From Euryarchaeota archaeon UBA229 (GTDB lineage Archaea; Thermoplasmatota; Poseidoniia; Poseidoniales; Poseidoniaceae): a stretch of DNA of 47,581 bases. Shown here piece by piece: positions 44,090 through 47,581 of this stretch. Within the stretch, counting starts at the first letter, position 1; each line of letters opens with the position of its first letter. The DNA is taken from NCBI GenBank assembly GCA_002505355.1, contig DAUW01000076.1, forward strand, positions 970-48,550. The letters run 5' to 3'. A model generated the notes under the pieces. It had not been told where the DNA came from. It searched no databases and saw nothing but the letters and a program-made list of their open reading frames with translations. The translations under genes and the position numbers were made by a program.

Positions 44090-44167
44090 TGTTAGAAAAC
44101 GGGCTGTTGCGCCCGATTAAAGGACATTATTTACTGGCTAAAACTCAAGCCCAAGACGTATAAATCA

Positions 44168-45853
44168 TTGTATAAGGTTGCTCACCAATCAGCAAGCATT
44201 ATGAGTGGAAAGAATTTCGAGGTAGTAGTAGTGTGCCATGCATTGCGCAAAAGAGTGAATATTATGGCAGAAGAGGAGAAGAAAAAAATTAGTCTTGAGA
44301 CATGGCTCAAGGTTGGTTTTATGGCTTCACTTTTCATTTCAGTATTGCTAATCGGGTTGGTAAGTTTCGACAAAGAAACCGTATTTTCTCCATATGAGCA
44401 AGATCCAGAATACTACAATATACAATTAACTGAAATGCGAGCAAATCTTGGAGATGATGGAACTGGTTATACTGTGGCCAATACAATGTCAACTCCAATG
44501 TTAGTGAACGATTGGCGAGATCCTCATCGAACCTTGCTTGTCATAGCAGCTCCCGAGAAACCATTTGATGCTGCCGAGGCCGCGGCAATACATGATTTCG
44601 TAACTAAGAAAGGCGGAAAAGTAGTGCTTGCCTCAAATTCTACCAATGCCCAACTGGTGGCAAGTGAGTTTGGTGTCAAGTATTTCGACGCCCCAGTAGT
44701 TGACCCTTTCCAGTTTTACGAAGTAGCCGATGAGACCGGTGATGCATTAAACCCAGATGAAAGAAAACTTTGGGCCGCCGCTAGCCTTACTCGTGATGTT
44801 ACGCAAATGGGCGATGAAAAACACGTACCCTGTTCAAGTAACAATCTAGCCAACGCTCAAGTAAGCGACTGCCGCATGCCGGTATTATTTCACCGAGCAA
44901 CGGCAATCCAAGTGCTGGACGAAGAAGTAGACGACAACAGAGACGTAATGGTTCTTGCGCACGCCTCAACCCCAGCATTCATCGCTAGACAGGACACCAA
45001 CATCGACAATCTCAATAATCCAACCCTAGGAGAGGGTAAAACCGGTTTGATAATTCGGATGGATTATCCAGGAATCGAGGTGCTGGATGAGCAACCGAAC
45101 AATAATTTTGGCGAGGTTGATGTAACAGGTTCGATAGTTTTCGTTTCCGACCACTCCGTATTAGCTAACCATTTGTGGAACCAAACAATTGCTGAGGAAA
45201 CCGGTAAACAACAATGCAAATCGCCATTTTATGTCTCTAATGCGCTGGGCAATTCACATGCTTGCTGGGATAGTGCCTTATTTTCCTCCGATGGTGCAGA
45301 GGTAGTTTGGAATGGCAATGGTCCTTATTTCCAAGCATTGTTTTACGATATGATGGAATTTGATAACGAAGAAATAACCACAAAAGTGACCAGAGATCCG
45401 TCAGAGTTCAACCTTGTCTTTGATGAGAGCCGACACGTTTCAAGCGCTCTCTCATCACCATTTACCGAGGCTATAGGCGCCGTTGTCTTACTAACTAGCG
45501 ACAATGTCTTGAAGTGGTTGATTATTCTAAATTTATTTGCGCTGTTAGCGATTGCTATCATGGTTGTGCCAGAAAAAGAGAATTGGCGCCATGTGTTTGA
45601 TTTGACAAGATTTAGGGAGCGACCGACCAAGATAGACTCCTCTCAATATCAAATGCGAGTTAGAGAAGCGTTTTTGTCTAAAGTTAGGCAGTTCAATGAC
45701 CTAACTCGCGATGAATTCGCCCGCAAGACACCTGCGGAAATCATGTATATGGTAAAAGACCCGCGATTGGTTGAACTGATTAGTTCAAACCGTTCCTACT
45801 CCAACGAAGAATTACGGGAAGTGATTCCCCAAATACGTCGTTGGGGTAAATGA
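44168..45853 (+). CDS. Two-TM-anchored extracytoplasmic protein preceding MoxR/DUF58 (positionally like DUF4350-type genes); function unknown
   Basis: The track start is TTG at 44168. The ATG at 44264 (MAEEEKKKISLETWLKVGFMASLFISVLLIGLV...) is more plausible. A second TM helix lies near the C-terminus (LIILNLFALLAIAIMVV), followed by a basic cytoplasmic tail. Confidence 0.5.
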   Translation: MYKVAHQSASIMSGKNFEVVVVCHALRKRVNIMAEEEKKKISLETWLKVGFMASLFISVLLIGLVSFDKETVFSPYEQDPEYYNIQLTEMRANLGDDGTGYTVANTMSTPMLVNDWRDPHRTLLVIAAPEKPFDAAEAAAIHDFVTKKGGKVVLASNSTNAQLVASEFGVKYFDAPVVDPFQFYEVADETGDALNPDERKLWAAASLTRDVTQMGDEKHVPCSSNNLANAQVSDCRMPVLFHRATAIQVLDEEVDDNRDVMVLAHASTPAFIARQDTNIDNLNNPTLGEGKTGLIIRMDYPGIEVLDEQPNNNFGEVDVTGSIVFVSDHSVLANHLWNQTIAEETGKQQCKSPFYVSNALGNSHACWDSALFSSDGAEVVWNGNGPYFQALFYDMMEFDNEEITTKVTRDPSEFNLVFDESRHVSSALSSPFTEAIGAVVLLTSDNVLKWLIILNLFALLAIAIMVVPEKENWRHVFDLTRFRERPTKIDSSQYQMRVREAFLSKVRQFNDLTRDEFARKTPAEIMYMVKDPRLVELISSNRSYSNEELREVIPQIRRWGK

Positions 45854-45856
45854 AAT

Positions 45857-45862
45857 AGGAGG
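45857..45862 (+). promoter_or_regulatory. Shine-Dalgarno site for the MoxR gene
   Basis: AGGAGG lies 8 nt upstream of the ATG at 45871. Confidence 0.6.
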
Positions 45863-45870
45863 AAAAAGAC

Positions 45871-46074
45871 ATGCAACCAGCCCCCCCACCCCAGCCTGCG
45901 CCAGCGCAGCCAGGGATGCCAGCAGCACCTGCACCAGCAGCGCCTATGCCAGCAGCGCCTATGCCAGCACCACCAATGCAAGCAGCACCAGCGCCAGCGG
46001 CACCAAGACCCGCAGCTCCAGCAGCACCTGCCCCGGCAGCCCCAGTAGCGCCAGCCGCTCCGGCCAAGCCGAAG
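45871..46074 (+). repeat. GC-rich coding low-complexity region (Pro/Ala repeats, including a direct CCAGCAGCGCCTATG x2 repeat)
   Basis: The run of GCN/CCN codons visibly contrasts with the AT-leaning surroundings. It generates long spurious antisense ORFs (45780..46067, 45796..46176). Confidence 0.85.
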
Positions 46075-47046
46075 CACCAGAGTACCCCAGAAGTTCGTGA
46101 GAGACTTTCTGCAGTAGGAGCTATCGCTCAAGCGATTAGCGCTGAAGTTCAGAAAGTAATTATCGGTAAAGCACACATTATCGATAACGTTCTCATCAAC
46201 ATTCTTTCCAACGGAAATCTTCTGTTCGAAGACTATCCTGGATTGGCGAAGACATTGATGACCAACACTTTCGCTGACGCTCTTGGTTGTGATTTCAAGC
46301 GTGTTCAGTTTACGCCCGATTTACTACCAGCGGACATCACAGGAACCAACGTATATGATGCCAAGAAGGGTGAATTTACGTTTAAACCCGGACCGCTGTT
46401 CTGTAATCTACTACTAGCGGACGAAATTAACCGTGCTCCGCCAAAGACTCAGGCTGCTCTGCTTGAGGCTATGCAGGAAAAGCAGGTTACAATCGGTACA
46501 GTGACTCACAAATTACCTGCTCCGTTTATCGTTATGGCAACTCAAAACCCTGTCGAACAAGAAGGTACCTATCCACTTCCTGAAGCACAGCTTGACAGAT
46601 TCATGTTCAAGATGTCCGTAGGCTATCCTGATAGAGCCGATGAAGATGAGATACTTGCCCGACGTATTACTCGCGGAAAAGACGCAGTAGATGTCGATGT
46701 TATTACCGACCCGCAACGTGTTATCGCAATGCAGCAAGCCTGTGAAGATGTTTATGTCGACCCTGCACTAAGAATGTACATGGTTGAGATTGTGGCAAGA
46801 ACTAGAGAGGATCCTAGAGTTCTCGTTGGTTCCTCACCTCGTGGTTCGCAAGCGTTGTTGAAGACATCAAGAGCCGCAGCTGCCCTTCGAGGTAGGGATT
46901 TCGTTACTCCTGATGATATCAAAGCAATTGCTGAATTAGCTATCGCCCACAGGATTATTCTGAAGCCAGAACATCAAATTAAGGGACTTGAAGCAGGAGA
47001 AGTAATTCAAACAATCCTGCGCGAAGTTCCAGTGCCAACAGTCTGA
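45871..47046 (+). CDS. MoxR-family AAA+ ATPase with a ~70-aa Pro/Ala-rich N-terminal extension
   Basis: Walker A context EDYPGLAKT, Walker B/MoxR block LLLADEINRAPPKTQAALLEAMQEKQVT, then VMATQNPVEQEGTYPLPEAQLDRF and SPRGSQALL. The N-terminus is MQPAPPPQPAPAQPGMPAAPAPAAPMPAAPMPAPP.... Confidence 0.9.
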   Translation: MQPAPPPQPAPAQPGMPAAPAPAAPMPAAPMPAPPMQAAPAPAAPRPAAPAAPAPAAPVAPAAPAKPKHQSTPEVRERLSAVGAIAQAISAEVQKVIIGKAHIIDNVLINILSNGNLLFEDYPGLAKTLMTNTFADALGCDFKRVQFTPDLLPADITGTNVYDAKKGEFTFKPGPLFCNLLLADEINRAPPKTQAALLEAMQEKQVTIGTVTHKLPAPFIVMATQNPVEQEGTYPLPEAQLDRFMFKMSVGYPDRADEDEILARRITRGKDAVDVDVITDPQRVIAMQQACEDVYVDPALRMYMVEIVARTREDPRVLVGSSPRGSQALLKTSRAAAALRGRDFVTPDDIKAIAELAIAHRIILKPEHQIKGLEAGEVIQTILREVPVPTV

Positions 47047-47068
47047 TCTATTGTAACAGGTGTTTACT

Positions 47069-47581
47069 ATGTGGAGCCGCAAATCAGCAATGTTGGGTAG
47101 TTTAGCCATAGCAATGTATCTGCTTGGCTTGACGCTTCGAAATGAACAACTAGTAACCATTGCAGTTGTGATTTTCGTGTTCCTAACATGGGCCGCCTTA
47201 TTTGGCGGTCATGCCGATGTTGCTTCATCAGGAAGGCGGGCCGATGAATGGTCTGGAGAGGAAGGTATTGCCCTTGGCAGCGTAATCGCAATGCGAAAAT
47301 TATCCAGTGCCAGGTTATTTGAAGATGGAGAATTGAATGTCACACTGCGTATGCAGAATAACTCACCCCTGCCAAAAATTCTCGAGGTTAGAGATCGCGT
47401 GCCGGAAGTTATGAGAATCAAAGAAGGGTCAAACTACATTCTTATGGAATTAGGTCCGAGAAGAGAGACATTCATCGAATATACCATTGAATGTCCCCTT
47501 AGGGGATTTTACAGTATTGGCCCGGTCGCAGTACGGATCCAAGATCCATTTGGGCTATTTCACAAGGAAAAAGAAATGCAT
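47069..47581 (+). CDS. DUF58-family protein, 5' portion (truncated by the window end)
   Basis: My translation from the ATG at 47069 is open to the window end. It has two N-terminal hydrophobic helices (MLGSLAIAMYLLGL; LVTIAVVIFVFLTWAALF). It then reads ...ECPLRGFYSIGPVAVRIQDPFGLFHKE, which matches the DUF58 R-G-x-Y-x-x-G-P...D-P-F-G-L-F signature. Directly downstream of MoxR. Confidence 0.75.
   Translation, partial: MWSRKSAMLGSLAIAMYLLGLTLRNEQLVTIAVVIFVFLTWAALFGGHADVASSGRRADEWSGEEGIALGSVIAMRKLSSARLFEDGELNVTLRMQNNSPLPKILEVRDRVPEVMRIKEGSNYILMELGPRRETFIEYTIECPLRGFYSIGPVAVRIQDPFGLFHKEKEMH

Noticed and set aside
44100-44115. Short GC hairpin (CGGGC-TGTTGC-GCCCG) 11 nt after the stop of the 319-aa surface-protein gene, as a possible terminator
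   Set aside because: It has only a 5-bp stem and no following oligo-T tract, which is the usual archaeal termination signal. It is not distinguishable from chance.
45780-46176. Two long antisense ORFs (95 and 126 aa; Gly/Ala-rich and Trp/Cys/Arg-rich) opposite the MoxR 5' end
   Set aside because: They are artefacts of the GC-rich Pro/Ala-coding repeat (GCN/CCN codons are stop-free on the reverse strand). The sense frame continues into an unmistakable MoxR core and has an AGGAGG site 8 nt upstream.
1-47581. Apparent excess of proteins ending in -EE(E): PYEEE, RRDEE, ISEEE, DSEEE and VTDEE (5 of about 41 C-termini)
   Set aside because: This is suggestive but a small sample in an acidic proteome. 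In at least two cases (6399-6410 and 22397-22405) the GAG/GAA codons double as a GGAGG ribosome-binding site for the overlapping downstream gene, which explains them without invoking a C-terminal signal. It needs genome-wide statistics.
1-47581. Search for tRNA/rRNA genes, CRISPR arrays, transposases, integrases, toxin-antitoxin or known defence genes
   Set aside because: No intergenic spacer exceeds about 175 nt. None shows cloverleaf-compatible or repeat-spacer structure, and no ORF has recombinase, transposase, nuclease-defence or Cas-like motifs. The window looks like core chromosome rather than an island.

Overview
All calls below come from reading the supplied translations and the DNA by eye. 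No searches were run. The window is a gene-dense chromosomal segment with about 43 CDS, short spacers and several 4-nt start/stop overlaps. I found no rRNA, tRNA, CRISPR array, transposase, integrase or recognisable defence genes. Archaeal hallmarks are present: a Gar1 H/ACA subunit, archaeal-type RibB, RibL FAD synthetase, a short lumazine synthase and a PGF-CTERM-like sorting signal. They sit beside bacterial-type genes: gpsA, a PlsC-family acyltransferase, oligoribonuclease, acyl-CoA dehydrogenase and an alpha/beta-fused 2-oxoacid dehydrogenase E1. I associate this mix with marine planktonic Euryarchaeota (Marine Group II / Poseidoniales-like), but that is inference only. Main blocks in order: ahcY; Gar1 fusion; ABC-2 exporter plus a large surface protein; a PhnC/PhnE-type ABC importer; endonuclease IV-like and gpsA; a riboflavin operon; a GNAT-aminotransferase fusion; trxB and moeB-rhodanese; a REC protein and DedA; fused E1 and an IPMDH-like enzyme; aquaporin; a CaCA antiporter; ACAD, MocA and XdhC; orn; two subtilases; the PlsC-like enzyme; a three-subunit molybdo-flavoenzyme; and a surface protein, two-TM protein, MoxR, DUF58 cluster. 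The best candidate for something undescribed is the binding protein of the Phn-like importer (8477-10675). It is a lipoprotein made of two tandem transferrin-like lobes. Both lobes keep the Tyr/Tyr/His iron ligands and the carbonate-site Thr of vertebrate transferrins; the fourth ligand is Asp in lobe 1 and Glu in lobe 2. That suggests an archaeal ABC-coupled Fe(III) uptake system that routine annotation would label a phosphonate transporter. Other notable items: Gar1 fused to an Arg/Asp/Asn-rich linker and a perfect RanBP2/ZRANB2-type zinc finger; a xanthine-dehydrogenase-family enzyme whose FAD subunit has a Cys-rich insertion like the [4Fe-4S] loop of 4-hydroxybenzoyl-CoA reductase; an endonuclease IV-like protein with a Lys/Ala-rich tail ending in a bacterial SSB-tip-like acidic motif; and a MoxR ATPase with a ~70-aa Pro/Ala N-terminal extension.
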